Assembly (NCBI RefSeq): GCF_018350175.1
Contig: NC_058368.1
Location: 74,340,001 to 74,404,000 of the forward strand
Direction: 5' to 3'
Source of the DNA: Felis catus
Taxonomy: Eukaryota
DNA length: 64,000 bases
In this document: one piece after another, positions 26,153-40,330 of the stretch
Layout of the letters: every line of letters starts with the position of its first letter
Position numbering within the stretch: the stretch's first letter is position 1
Notes under the pieces: model-generated
What the model saw: the letters and a program-made list of their open reading frames with translations, nothing else
Database searches by the model: none
What the model was told of the DNA's origin: nothing
Translations under genes and position numbers: made by a program

Positions 26153-26394
26153 AAATTATTTCATTATTATGAAATACATATCCTAAAACAGTGTTCAGTA
26201 CTTAATGTTGAATAGATATACCATCACCCATGTAAATATATTCAAAAAATATATATATATTTATAATATGGTATATATAATTGTACATGTGTATACTATG
26301 CCATTGTTCTTGTGAGGGATAATGAATAGCAAGAATGATATTGATGGAAACAGCGTGTAAGTAGTTCCCAAACCCATCCTTCTACTTTACTTAT

Positions 26395-26629
26395 TTTTCT
26401 AAAGTTTGTTTATTTATTTTGAGAGACACCGGGGGGGGGGGCTGGGGGTAGGGAGAGAGCATGAGCAGGGGAGGGGCACAGAGAGAGGGAGAGAATCCCA
26501 AGCAAGCTCTGCGTTGTCAGCACAGAGTCCGACGTGGGGCTCGAAGTGGGGCTCCCTCCCGCCAACCGTGAGGCCATGACCTGAGCAGAAACCAAGATGC
26601 TCAACAGACTGAGCCACCTAGAAACTCCC
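26395..26629 (-). mobile_element. Can-SINE with internal micro-duplication
   Basis: Antisense body with gtggggctc repeated. Confidence 0.9.
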
Positions 26630-26752
26630 TACAGGAGTTCCCTACAAGAACTTTAAAATACCAAGGAAGAACTGTCAGAAGCAACTTGTCTGGAAAGCAG
26701 TCAAAACTATACAGGAAACAAGGAAATCAATGAATCAAGAGAAAGTCAACTC

Positions 26753-26968
26753 GGGGTGCCTGGGTGGCTCGGTCGGTTAAGCGTCCAACTTGAGCTCAGG
26801 TCATGATCTCATGGTCTGTGAGTTCGAGCCCCATGTTGGGCTCTGTGCTGACAGTTCAGAGCCTGGAGCCTGCTTCGGATTCTGCGTCTCCCTCTCTCTC
26901 TGCTCTGTCTCTCTCTGTCTCTCAAAAATAAATAAAAATGTAAGAAAAAAATTTTTTTTTAAAAAAAA
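26753..26968 (+). mobile_element. Can-SINE
   Basis: 16-bp TSD aagagaaagtcaactc. Confidence 0.95.
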
Positions 26969-27589
26969 GAGAAAGTCAACTCAAAAGTGGTAGGAACGCT
27001 TTGTGATATTATGACTTGCGCTGTCCCACCTTCTCCTGGATCAGCAGTTGCCTTGAAGATGGGAGCCACATTTCCAGGGTGGGACCCTGATTCCTGGATC
27101 TGGATCTGTGAGACCAGAGCAGCTCTTCCTCTCAAATGTGCCTCACTGGTCTTCCCGCCTGTCTGGGTTCTACCTGAAGGGCTGACACAAGGACCTGGCC
27201 TTTTTGGATTAATCTGCAACTCAGCCAGAGCAGACTGCAGACATTCTTTGAAAATGTCATAAGGTAAAGAAACACCCCACTGCTGCCTGGGGGTAAAGGA
27301 TTTCAGTTGAAGTAATAACACCACTTAGGGAGGAACGCTGGGAGAGAGTGTCTTGGGGAGATGAGAGCATTCCAAAGCACCTGAATTTAGCAAAGTCACA
27401 GGCAAGCCCAGGCAGAACCCAGGCCAGAGAAGACCCAAGATACCCCATGCTTTCACCTCTGGTTGATTTCTATGCTCAGTGTGAACAAGAGGTAAGGGGT
27501 GAAACACAGTCCTCAAGGGCTTGGCTACTGTTGAGGGGGTGCCCAGTGCGGAGCCAGCCCACACAGACCGAATGGGAGAGTTCTTTCTG

Positions 27590-27726
27590 GTTTTTCTCTC
27601 CCCCCCCCCATTCTTTCCTTCCCTCCCTGTCTCCCTCCCTCTGTTTCTCTACTCTCCCTCTTTCTTCGTTTCTTTCTTTCTTTTCTTTTTTCTTTTTTTT
27701 TCTTTTCCTATCTTTTTTCTTTTTTT

Positions 27727-27769
<43 letters not shown>

Positions 27770-28041
27770 CCTTCTTTCCTTCCTTCCTTCCTTCCTTCCT
27801 TCCTTCCTTCCTTCCTTCTTCCCTCCCTGTCTCTTCTTCTTTCTTTCTCCTTCCTTCTTTTCTTCCTTCTTTCCTTCCTTCCTTCCTTCCTTCCTTCCTT
27901 CCTTCCTTCCTTCCTCCCTCCCTGTCTCTCTTTTTCTTTCTTTCTCCTTCCTTCTTTTCTTCTTTCTTCCCTTCCCTTCCTTCCTTCCTTCCTTCCTTCC
28001 TTCCTTCCTTCCTTCTTCCCTCCCTGTCTCTTTCTTGCATT

Positions 28042-28090
<49 letters not shown>
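27590..28090. repeat. Compound polypyrimidine microsatellite (CTTT)n/(CCTT)n/(CT)n
   Basis: About 500 bp almost entirely C/T on the plus strand. Confidence 0.97.
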
Positions 28091-28093
<3 letters not shown>

Positions 28094-28607
28094 TCTTTCT
28101 TCCCAGTAAGTACAGCAAAACAAATAATTATATAAGTTTTGCAATAAACTCGCTTCATGTAGTTGATGTTATTTTATTCCTGAATGTTTTATGTTACAAC
28201 ATATGCTTAGAAGTAGGTGAAGAGTGGGTCATATATGAGCATGGACAGACATAAAAATGAGGAAGAAGGGAAGCCGGTTACAACTGCTGTGGAGTAACTC
28301 AGCAGATAGGAGGGGAATAAATCCAAGGCAAAGCACAAGTGCCCAGCAGCAGATGTCTTCCCCCCACCCCTGGGCCCCCCGTCCTCCGGGGCTGCAGCTC
28401 CCCCCCAGTCCACCCCCGGGGTTGCAGGCTTGCAGTAACATGTATGAAGCTTGAACAAATGCACCGTACCATGAGTACAGTACCAGAGCAGAAGCTTCCC
28501 TCCTGCAGACCTTCAGAGATATTTCCTTTCCTTATGACATTCCATAAGATAAAGGATGGATACCATTCTTACTTCTTTAAATAGTCATGTTTAAAGTGTC
28601 ACTTGGC

Positions 28608-28793
28608 AGGGCGCCTGGGTGGCTCAGTTGGTTGAGCATCCGACTTTATCTCAGGTCATGATCTCACAGTTGGTGGGTTCCAGCCCCACATCTGGCTCCC
28701 TGCTGACAGCTCAGAGCCCGGAGCCTGCTTTGGATTCTGTGTCTCCCTCTCTAGGCCCCTCCCCTGCTCATGCTCTCTCTCTCAAAAGTAAAT

Positions 28794-28820
<27 letters not shown>
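28608..28820 (+). mobile_element. Can-SINE with (CA)n tail
   Basis: Head and body intact; tail contains (CA)n. Confidence 0.93.
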
Positions 28821-28824
<4 letters not shown>

Positions 28825-29251
28825 CCTCTTACTTGGCTTGTAGAGTTTTGCACTTTGCAATGTATCATTAATGGAACTAAATTTAATTTTCATAATTACT
28901 ATTAGTAATTAATAATTACCAGGCACAAAAGGCATAGATGCCATTTAACTATATTGAAATAAAAAAAAAATAAAAAAAGATACGCCAAGCATGTACTAAT
29001 GCTCTAATAGCCCCAAATAGACATTATCAAATGCAGTTTTTACCAAAATACTTTCATTAAATAATTTAAGTTTTAACCATTAATGGAAGCTTTTTATTAA
29101 TTATGCAATTTGACAAGCCAAACAAATAAACATTAAGTTTTGTTACTTTATGTGATGTTAACGAAAATCAGAATTTGCCAGATACACTGAGGTATTTCTT
29201 TTTCTTCCTAATGCAACTTTAGAAAATTTTAAAGCAAAATTAATTATTTTA

Positions 29252-29490
29252 GGGGCATCTGGGTGGCTAGGTTGGTTAAGCATCTGACGCTTGGTTTCGG
29301 CTCAAGTCATGATCTCATGGTTGGCAGATTTGAGCCCTGCATTTGGCTCTGTACTGGCAGTAAGGATCCTGATTGAGATTCTCTCTCCCCCTCTCTCTCT
29401 GTCCCTCCCCTGCCCAGCACACATGCTCTCTCTCTGTCTCTCTCTCTCTCTCTCTGTGTGTGTGTCTCTCTCAAACATTAAAGAAAATTA
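29252..29490 (+). mobile_element. Can-SINE (diverged)
   Basis: Head, (CT)n and tail present. Confidence 0.9.
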
Positions 29491-29573
29491 ATTTACTCCA
29501 GGGTAGAATGGTAAAGTACTTAAAATACTTTTATCAAGTAAAATTATGGTTAATTTGAATTAACCATACTGGA

Positions 29574-29790
29574 GGGGCACCTGAGTGGCTCAGTTGGTTA
29601 AGTGTCTGACTTCGGCTCAGGTCATGATCACACAGTTTGTGGATCTGAGCCCCACATCAGGCTCTGTGCTGAAAGCTCAGAGCCTGGAGCTTGCTTTGGA
29701 TTCTGTCTCTCTCTCTCTCTCTGCCCTTCCTCTGCTCGCACTCTGTCTCTTTCTGTCTCTCAAAAATACATAAACTTAAAAAAATTGTTT
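29574..29790 (+). mobile_element. Can-SINE
   Basis: Head, body and tail present. Confidence 0.93.
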
Positions 29791-32271
29791 TGACATAAAA
29801 AAGAATTAAACATGCTGGAAAAAAGGAAGTAACCTTTCATTTACTAAGTCCCTTTTTACTGTGTGCACTATCTTCTTGATATGATAACCAAGAAGTTGTT
29901 GGGAACCACTAGAATGTGCATTCTTGATGGAGGGGTGGTCGTGCACAGGAAATGCCAGGCTGCAATTTTCCGAGTTTGTAAAATCAACAATATTTATTTC
30001 ATCTGAGGTCATACCTAGAGGGTCAATCTTTGGTGAATAAACAGAGCACGCCAAGGTCACAGGAAATTCTCAGAGGAGACTGTTGATGGAGATGAATTTT
30101 ACAGGAAGTTAAATGGGATAATGAAGAAAAGAAATGACCACGAGAGATAAGGGTGTATGTTTTGCAAATAATCATCTAAGCCAATGGGTGCTTTTTTACC
30201 ATGATCTCTTATTCTGACTGATGGGTTTAATTATTATTAGGTGTTTACAGTTCAGCAATTGCAATATTTGGATTTATTTGGATTTAATATTAATTATGAG
30301 ACCCTAATACTAATACATAGCAGGAAAGCAAGCAAGAGACATTAGGACCAAATTGGATCTTTCGGTGTACCATTGCTATTGCATTGGCAATAAATAATAA
30401 ATAATAATAAATAATAATTAAGGCTACATTGCAGCATGCCAATGAGAGTGCTGCGCTGTGATATTGTTATTATTTTTAATCTATTGCGTGTGCGGTGTCA
30501 GATGGGTAAAGAGACTTGCTGGGGGTTATTTTGTCTCAGATCATCGATCTTGGTCAAGAGGTTTGTAAAACAAAGGTGGCAGGCTGGGTTCACTGTCCAG
30601 GAAACTGGAGGATGGCAGGGGTTGAAAGATGGCATAAAGAAAAGTCTAGACATACCGCCACTAAAGATGGTAAGTCAGCGGTTAGCGTCCATGACCCTGG
30701 ATGTCCTACAGTAGTAGGACTCTAGAATCATCACAATGTGGAAAATCCAGGTGTCCATATAACACTGCATGCGTATCGAATCAATGGTACTATACATTCA
30801 TTCATTCAACAGGTGTCTATTGATTTCCTACTATGTTCTAGCCTCTGTGCTAGGGGCTAGAATTATAGAATGGGCGTAAGTACCTTGTAGATCTCCAATC
30901 TACCTGGAAGGGCATGAAGACTCTCCACTCACACACCAAAACGGATTGTTACCAGGAACAGATCATAACCACACTGGATGTACAGTTTATCTTCCCGTCA
31001 GGTCCCATTCAGACCTGGTGAATTCAGTGGGCATTTGGGTGCGTGCCATTCCCCTGTCTCTCTTCCTCTTTCTGCCTCTGGCCTTTTCTGCTCCCCCACC
31101 CTGTTTTGCTCCATTTACCACCCCATGAGTGGTCACCATTATTCTTAACTCTTTATGGGAGGTTGCAGGCAGGTCCTCAAACACAAAGATTCCTTAAGGT
31201 GTTTCCAGGGGGAGTCGAGACGATAGCATCTTTAACACAAGCACCTTTCTCTTGCCGGTAACTACTGCTCTTCATAGCAAAAATGCAGCGAGTTATTATT
31301 AAAAATAACCACAACAAACTCTTCACATGAGGATGAAGGCAGACAAGAATGCAGGTGATGCTATCGTAGGTGTCTGAATATGTCCAAACCCGTCCCAGTG
31401 TATGCGCTGATTATGAGAAGTTCATTGTATATCAACGACACTTCAGCAAGGCCATTAAAAACAAATTAATTTAAAAAAAAAAGAACACAGGGGAAATGAA
31501 GTCATATTTTTCAAATATTTGTAGATGTTTCTTTGATGATAAAATATTTTAAGGGTTAAGGAGCTTATTGAACTCCTTTTATAATCCAGACTCTCTGATA
31601 TTTTCAGGCTATTTTCTCAACCAATGAACACCAAAACTGCAATAATCATGTGAGATTCATGTTTTATTATTTTTTTTAATCATCGAAAATGCATGTCCTT
31701 ACAAAATCATAGGATAAATGGATCAGGGCACACCTACCAAATGTTTATCGGTGTGGCTTTTAAGTATGAAAAATAGGAGGGTAACCCAAATATTCAATAA
31801 TAGAAGTATGATTAAATTTATTTTGGAATACAATGACACACTATGGGGCTATCAACATTTTGATGTAGATACATAATTATTGAAGTGGGGAAAAATCTAA
31901 ACTACTAAGTAAAAAAATACATTGAAAGCATCATGTATTGTCCAAGTCTTTTCATTAAAAAATGGATGAATTTTAAATAATCTTTTCTTCATTATTTATT
32001 GCCAGCAATTTTCTCTCATTAGGTAGTGATTCCACTTTCTAATGACTCTTTCACGGCACCTATGCCTTCCCCGACCTTGTCCATTAAGTAGCAACACGTA
32101 AGACACTATTATTGTGAAGATGATTGATTTTAGCAGACAGAATCTGGTTGAATAAACAGTGTCTACATGAAAAAAATTTAATTTGGATGAGTGACAGATA
32201 CATAGGTTATTAGGACACAAATACACCTTCACAAATTAAAAGCATCAAAAAGTGTTGTCTTGGAGCTTTCC

Positions 32272-32518
32272 GTTTTTTGTTTTTTGTTTTTTTTTTTTAA
32301 TTTTTTTTCAACGTTTTTTTAAAATTTATTTTTGGGACAGAGAGAGACAGAGCATGAACGGGGGAGGGGCAGAGAGAGAGGGAGACACAGAATCGGAAAC
32401 AGGCTCCAGGCTCCGAGCCATCAGCCCAGAGCCCGACGCGGGGCTCGAACTCATGGACCGCGAGATCGTGACCTGGCTGAAGTCGGACGCTTAACCGACT
32501 GCGCCACCCAGGCACCCC
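32272..32518 (-). mobile_element. Can-SINE, young SINEC_Fc-type copy
   Basis: CpG-rich, long T tract; TSD tggagctttc. Confidence 0.96.
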
Positions 32519-32684
32519 TGGAGCTTTCTGTTTTTATTCTCTGCTCATTTCACCCCTTTGTCTTATACTTTTAGATCATTTTTCATCGTAATTTACCTGA
32601 TTTTTCTATGTTGTCCTGTGTTTCTTAAACAAATCAATGATTTCAAATTGCCAAATTCCAGTCTAATTCTAAACTTGTGCTTAA

Positions 32685-32749
32685 AAACTTTTTTTTTTCT
32701 TTATGTTTCATTTTAGAGAGAGAGTGTGAGCAGGGGAGAGGGGCAGAGG

Positions 32750-32780
<31 letters not shown>

Positions 32781-32926
32781 AGAGAGGGAGAGAATCTTAA
32801 GCAGTCTCCACACTTACGCTCCGTGTGGAGCCAGACACAGGGCTCAATCCCACGATGTGGGGATCATGACCTTAGCTGAAACCAAGAGTCACATGCTCAA
32901 CCCGCTGAGCTGCCCAAGTGCCCCCC
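32685..32926 (-). mobile_element. Can-SINE (diverged)
   Basis: (GA)n plus antisense head. Confidence 0.88.
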
Positions 32927-33711
32927 AAACTGCTTTTTCTCTAAGCACGAACTTTTTTTTAACTCAGCCAAGCTCTCTCTGGCCCACTCCAAAGAGATGA
33001 CAATTTCTTTAGGTTTTTTTACCCTAAACGTATTTACCCTTTTTTGTGTGCGTATTGAGTTTGCCCTCCTGAGGAGATCATATCCTGGTGCCCAACAACT
33101 CTCTGTCTCCCTGTCAGCTTTCCCCAATTATTTGAAAATGTTTGTCTTGCTACTCTTGATCCACAAAACCTGGGTTTGTATTTTCTTCCAAATCAAAGAG
33201 TGATTTTAAAACCATCCTCCAGGCTATTTTATATTCAGTGATCCCAAACCCACCAGTGAACCTCTCACTGTTCAAGTCCTACAGCTCTTCAAAGCCCAAT
33301 TTAACCAACACACGCACGTTGAAGGAAGTCCTGACATTGTGCTTTTATGAATCATCTTTGCTTTATCTGCTTCTCATTCCAGCTTGTTAGCTGCTTTTCT
33401 GAAGGGCCCACAATAATTTGAGGGCGGGAAGTTTGTGGTAGGCATTCCCAGAGGAAAGACTACTGATATTAGGTTTTCTGTATGTCATTAAATATAAATT
33501 ATCAGAAAAAAATAACATTGGGTAGGCATAGCTGATGGCTTTCACAGTCGATGCCGAGAACATCTTGTACACAGGAGGAGGGAATGGGATGGAAACCATG
33601 GAGTGATATCTGCATATTTCTACAGAAATCGGCCTTCCATTTCCTCACGTTTCAACACCAATGGAAACATCAACAATGGCGGCTTTATACCTTGGTTTCA
33701 ATGTCAACTTT

Positions 33712-33935
33712 CTTTCTTTTTTTTTTTTCCAACGTTTTTTATTTATTTTTGGGACAGAGAGAGACAGAGCATGAACGGGGGAGGGGCAGAGAGAGAGGGA
33801 GACACAGAATCAGAAACAGGCTCCAGGCTCCGAGCCATCAGCCCAGAGCCTGACGCGGGGCTCGAACTCATGGACCGCGAGATCGTGACCTGGCTGAAGT
33901 CGGTCGCTTAACCGACTGCACCACCCAGGCGCCCC
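33712..33935 (-). mobile_element. Can-SINE, young SINEC_Fc-type copy
   Basis: CpG-rich; TSD atgtcaactttc. Confidence 0.96.
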
Positions 33936-36583
33936 TCGATGTCAACTTTCAAATCCACAGCTGCCAGCTTAGTCATTAAAGGATAATGAAGAATCTTACC
34001 ATGAAAAGTTTTTATCATAAGATGAGATCGTCTGGAAAGAATCGGAATGAAATAAGTAACATCCATAGCAAAAATTTTCCGTATAACCCAAGAACAAACT
34101 GCCCTTCTGGATATTATTCTCCAGACACTGCCTTTGTTAGAACAATGGGTACGAGGATACAGGGCTCTAACTAAATCATGCAAGGTATAACAGGTTTCCA
34201 CATTTTCCCGATGCTGTATAAGTATTTCAATAAGTTTATATTAAAGACCGCCAGTCAGGAAATGAATTTGGAAACTATGGTGTGGGTTTGGCTACCGATG
34301 GAATCCATCAGTTCGGAAAAGGATTTGTCAGATCACAGAGTGGACACCAAAATTGAGAGGCGCCATGGTCTAGTGAAACGGTGCTAGCTTGGGACTCTTC
34401 CACAAAAATCATTCATTCAGCACTGAATCTCAGGTGGCATTATATAGCAAGGCTAAAACAGAGTCTTCTGTTCCACCTTTTACCAAACCATGAGATTGTG
34501 TGCAGTTATTTAAACCTTCCATGTTGCAGTTGGCTGTTAAAATGGGAAAGATGCTGTTCGGTGTGTCTTACCTAATTTGCGTTCCTGAAAATAAAATAAC
34601 TTGATATATCCAAAAGAGATAAAAAATAACCTTGTAAACATTTACATATTATGCTTGTTATCTTTTATGTGGGTGTTTATAATTAAGTGGCACTTACAAA
34701 GCAGGTCACGTTTTTGGAGATTATTTCTAAATGACTTGTCACCTACAAGTTTCTTTCTTCACCCTTGAAGACATTTTGCTTTCAGTTAGCAATTACAAAA
34801 TCTAGGGTTTCAGAGAGATTAACAGCAACATTTTCTCAATCTGTAAATTTCAAAGACAGATTCCAAATTCATTTCCGAAAGAGTGTGCCTTATAGTTGTG
34901 ATATTAAAGTAGAAAAAAAAATCTCTAGAACACTGTAGAGTGTGTTAACTTTTGAAGTTAAGGCAGCTCCAATTCAAAAAGTTTTAAACAATTTGAACCA
35001 GGTAAATTTACTTTGCATAATAACCACAAAAATCAAGTGAAATTTGTTAGGTAATACCATTAGCCTATCGCAAAGTGGTTCACATGAATCCAATTCTAGT
35101 AAAAGAAAATACAAAGTCAAATTCTTTTTCTTTTGCTGGTAGTGTCTCTGTGACTGTGGTACCGAGGTCATTTAAACTAACAGCAACTCAAAGAGAAAAG
35201 TCAGTAGGCACAATTCTTTAAAATAATGGAAAAAGCTGTGGTTTTACATTGGATTTTATATTAGGGATACTTTAGTCAAAGTTCACTTTGAAGGTAATGG
35301 GGGATAAACTAATTTTCCATAGAGGACCGACCATGTGAAATCATAACATATGAAAGTAGCAATTTTAAATCTACTGAAGCACAACCATGGAGTGTAATTT
35401 CAAATCTAAACCCTTACAGAGATCAGGAAAGAGAGAGAGAGAGAGAGTGAACAACAGTAGGATGATAGAAGACCATCCGGATAGGGAGGGAGGTGAGAGA
35501 ATATCACCCTGCTTGACATTGAATTGATACTCTTTTGTATTAATTTTCAGCTCCATGGTTTTAGTAAATGTTCTCAAAAACTATTGAGAGGCAAGAACCC
35601 AATAGAAGTCAAGTTGTAGCTATTAGCTTCACTCAAAATAACAGAACATGTCCTCTTTGCTTTTTACAGGGCATTTTCATTTCTAAAACGTGCACCTCTT
35701 CAAGGCTGGACCTAATTCTTTCCCATTTTTTAATCTCTACCATGGCAAAGAGAGTGCTTTGCAAAAAACTAAGTCCCACTAATTAGAACTGAATCAAATT
35801 TCCTACTCATTTAGATCAAATTAAATTAATCCAATTTTATGTTTCAGAACAATGGAGCATAACCATTTCCATATTCACTACTTAAGTTGCAAGGGAAAAT
35901 TAAGAGTTTTTTGAAAAAAAAAACATAATTGTGTGTTTCTCCTAAAACATGTTTAGAAGATTGGAAGAGTGACTGTAAATCTACCATTACCAAATATAAA
36001 CAAGGATGTTTATATTGCCTTACTTCCCAACTTTTGACATGTAGAAACAATTTCACTATACTATTTGGTTGAACTGGTAACAACAAGAATAACTGGGATT
36101 TATCAGTGATATGTATGGGCTCAACAGAGCTTGTGACATATAATCTCTCATTTAACCTTCACTTTCACGCGATGAGAAAACAATCATTGCCGTCATCTTA
36201 GCATGAGCCTTTGAGAGTGACATAGGCTCATCTGGTTTTGAAAACTGGAAGGAAATGGTCAACTGGACCTGTTTTAAGCTTATTCACTATCAAGCAAATA
36301 AATGGTAGTTTAATACATACATCCAAAATTAAGAATATACTCATAAGTAGACAGGGCTCCCTGATGTCTTGTCCCTCCCAGAGTCCTGTCCTAAGCTTGG
36401 CAGTCTATCTCTGGGGCTGCTGGAGAATTCCCATCTGCACTCGAGGATCTACCCTATTGGTGCACGAAGGCACCCTTTTTGGGCCAGAGTTTGATTCTTC
36501 TCTTTTCAATTTTTTGCTGCCACATTGAGTCCATAGCAGGTCAGTTTGTCCTACTACAGAGAAGTTAAGAACTTTGTTAAACT

Positions 36584-36697
36584 GGGGTGACTGGCTGGCT
36601 CATTTGGTACAGCATCTGACTCTTGATCTCAGGGTCATGAGTTCAAGCCCTATGCTGGGTGTACATATTACTTAAAAAAAATAAAAGAAAGAAAAAA
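36584..36697 (+). mobile_element. Short tRNA-derived Can-SINE lacking the (CT)n segment
   Basis: tggctcatttggtacagca...gactcttgatctcagggtcatgagttcaagccc tRNA-like head running straight into an A tail; TSD ttgttaaa. Confidence 0.85.
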
Positions 36698-39600
36698 ATT
36701 GTTAAATAATTTGGTACCAGCCGACATTTCAGGGAGGATTTGAATCAGTGTCTGTCTGGCTCCTAATCCCTCCATTCTGTCTGTATTGATTCCAAATATA
36801 TGCCTTTTCCTTTGTTTTCTGCCCTGATTTAAAGTTCCAGTTAAAATCAAAAGATGATTCCATGACAACAAATTTGATCAAAATTAATCCCAACATATTC
36901 TTATTATATACAATATAATATGTGAACAAAGTATTGGAAGTATCTACATTAATCAATTCTTTAATCTTAATGATGTTGCCATATTAGGAATTTTTTTTTT
37001 TTTTTTTGGTTTTTACCTTTGCAAACTGAATGTTACCTTTGTTGTCAGAACCGGACGTTAATCTAGAGGAGAGCAGCGATCTCACACACAGAGGACTAAA
37101 GTCAAAATGCATTGTGAAATGAATTAAACTTCTCATAATTAGTTATATTTTCTTGACTTATTTTCTTATCAGAATCTTTTAATACGTTTTCTCAATATTA
37201 TTGTCACATGCCCCATCTTTCTTTCCCTGACTCTGTTTTTGTTTTTGTTTTTGTTTTTTTGTGAGTACCACTCCACATATAGAATGCATTAAGTTTCTAG
37301 ACTAAAGAACAGATGTTTACAATTATTTTTACCCTTTATGTTCTTTTACAAGGCATATATTTGGGTAAGTAAAGAGAAATTATTAGGACATTTTAAGATA
37401 CACGGGCTTCAAAACCTCAGAGTTTTTTTATAATTTTATGTGCTTCATACAGAAATAACACAAACAAGAAAATAACTCAGATAATATGTGTATCTTAATA
37501 CACATGAATAACATTGGACAGGCATGTAAATATACACACATGTAGAATCACAGATACCTGGAAATGTTAACTTCATAGACACTTACAAATGGTTTTAAAT
37601 ATACTGTAGATGAAATAGCTTAAGATCATTTACTGGGTTCCTTTTGTACGTAAAACACTAAAGCCGAAATAAGTTACTCCTTTTGGAAGACATTCTGGTT
37701 TCTCTATGAAAGATAAAATCTTCAGGAAATATGATGAGACCAATCACAAAATAAAATAGCTGACATATGAGATTTGATAGAGTCTTGATCACTGGAATCC
37801 AAAGGCAAGTTTATGTCTGTCTGGGTAACATTCCAGACACATTGGTCAATGTATGTAATTGTCTACTTGGCAAGCTCAGGATGAAATATGGAAGTATTTG
37901 AAGATTAGCATTAAAATTCTCCTAATACATACTTCTTTCAAAATGATGTTCAAAATTCATCTCATGCAGGATGCCTTCCTGACAGTTTTGGCAGGGAGAA
38001 TCATCTTTCCTTCTTCAAATGTTGCTGCTGAGAAACGTATTTTCTTTTCAAATTTAAATGAAATCTCTATAAAAGAAGGAAATAAAAACAGTGAGTGAAT
38101 CAATACAGGTAAGAAAACAACAACTATGAAAATGTTTGTTGCGACTTTCTATTGGGGCTCTTTTCTAGCAATATACGTGTATATATCCATTCACGCACAT
38201 ATATAAATATACATAAATGTGGCTTAATTCTTTCATTGACACTATAAACATTGGAAGGGAGGGGACGGGGAGGAGAATGTGTCCATGTAGCATCATTGGC
38301 ATAATAGAAGCTTATCTGTATCAAGATGAAGGGAGACTAGAATCCCACTTTGATCAATCCAATAAACATGTGAAGTACATGGATATGTGGCTACATGTCC
38401 ATGGTAAGTGAAACACCAGAGTTTTCATGATGAGTAGTAGCTGACATCTCCCACCCACTCACGGTGTATTCCTGATGTGGGGTAAAGTTCAGAGATGCAA
38501 TGAAAGCCAGTTTAGAAAAAGACTTTGCGGAAAAAGCTTTTGTCTGATGAAGGACTCATGGCTCCATGGAGTGTAGAGACTATTTGGGAATCATAACTTT
38601 TGATCAACAGAACCACAGGAAAAAAGAAATTTTTGAGAACGCTTCATCATAGAGGTCGGCCATTTTAAGCCAAGGGATCGGGAAATGGGTCAATGATGAA
38701 ATGACATCTGAGAAGTCCTGAAGGAGGTGAGGAAAGAGCTATAACTGATGAGTTCCAGAGGAGGCTTTGAAGCACAGAGAACAAAATTAATGAAACAACT
38801 ATCAGTGATTACAATACCCTGTGATTTCCAATTTTCTTCAACAAAACAAATAATCGCACGTTTGAAAAAATCCTCTTTATTTTATAAATGAAATATCGGA
38901 AATGTTAGTATTTACAAGTGACGTGTAGGGGGACAAAACACATTGTTTCCCTATATCCTTTCAGGACGACCAAGGCAATACCACTCCCAGGAAGAATTAA
39001 CCGGCATCTTTCTTTTTAAAAGCAGTGAAGTCGGCAATGAAAATGAGCAATCTATTTGAAAGGTCCCTTTTAACGAGTCGTCACTGATCGTTCTCTTGAC
39101 CTTTGCCTCAAATAATTGCATTTGCCTGGTAGAACTTAAAAGAAGACATATCTAAGATCCCCGCCCCCCCCCCCCCCCCACCCACCCAAGACGTTCGGGA
39201 ACAGAGTCCTGTGAACTAGTGAGTGGGGTTTGAAGACTCAGGGGGTCTATTTGCAAAAACATACATCAGAAGGTTTAAGCAGGTACAGTTCACAGAAATT
39301 TCAAGAAAAAAAAAAGGAAAGATTATAAAGTAGTCTACAGAATTACTTGATAAGAAAACCTTCATTTTCCTGTTCCTCTTTTTTGCAGAACGTGAAATGT
39401 TCCATTAACATGATGTTCCATTCCTCTCTAAAAGTCTGATTTATCATCTGGATTTGTGTTCCAAGCACTCATCATTTGAAGGTGACAGAAAATGTTAATT
39501 CATTTCGATTACACCAATATTTTGTTTGCAGAGAGTTTATCTATTAAAGTGCCCTCATTTTCACATAGTTTGGGCTGAAGAAAAAACAGCTACTGATTTT

Positions 39601-40149
39601 ATATCGAATTCAATAAACTACCTATGTTTGCCCTGGAGAAAGTTCCTTATGTAAATGAATGCCTTTAATGGTGTAGCGATGACTTCTGTAAGCCATTCAG
39701 AACACATCAATGTTTAAATCATTTCTGGTGTTAAATTTATTTGAGGTCTGTAACAGAGGAATTCAGCTCCAAAAAAACCTGTATGATCTCGCATCCGATA
39801 ACTGGTTTAAAGGCACGGATGTCATCTGAAAAACTAGGATGGTTACGTTGAAAAATGAAAATAGTAAAATAATTCAAAAAGCAACATTTAGCTTTTGACT
39901 GAAGTTTAAATGTTGACAACAGAGTTGGAAGGAAAATAAAGCAGGTGTAGAATTACGTGTTTGCAGCTGGGGAGTCTACCTGAATTGGGGAGAGAAACAA
40001 TAGAATTTAGATAGATCTGGGATTTGGTCTGCAAAGAGGCCTAGAATTGCAAATGTCAGAAGGGTAGGTAATGGTTGGTACCCATGAAATGTTGAGCCCC
40101 GTCTCTGAAAGCAGTTGTCGGGGGTGCGGAGTTTGAACTTTCCTTTAAC

Positions 40150-40330
40150 TTATTTTTTTTTAGAGTTTATTTATTTATGTTGAGATAGAGAGGGAGAGAA
40201 AGAATCCCAAGCAGGCTCACACTGTTAGCCCAGAGCCAGGCATGGGACTCGAACTCTCGTACCACGAGATTGTGACCTGAACCGAAACCAAGAGTCAGAT
40301 GTTTAAGCGACTAAGCCACCCAGCACCCCT
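40150..40330 (-). mobile_element. Can-SINE
   Basis: Antisense body. Confidence 0.9.

Noticed and set aside
27348..28158. Longest ORFs in the window (136-253 aa, both strands)
   Set aside because: They are translations of the stop-free C/T microsatellite (poly F/L/S/P or K/E/R/G) and not genes
39783..39830. Minus-strand micro-exon (tttttcag|ATGACATCC...ATACAG|gttttt)
   Set aside because: The donor is very weak and the peptide is unrecognisable
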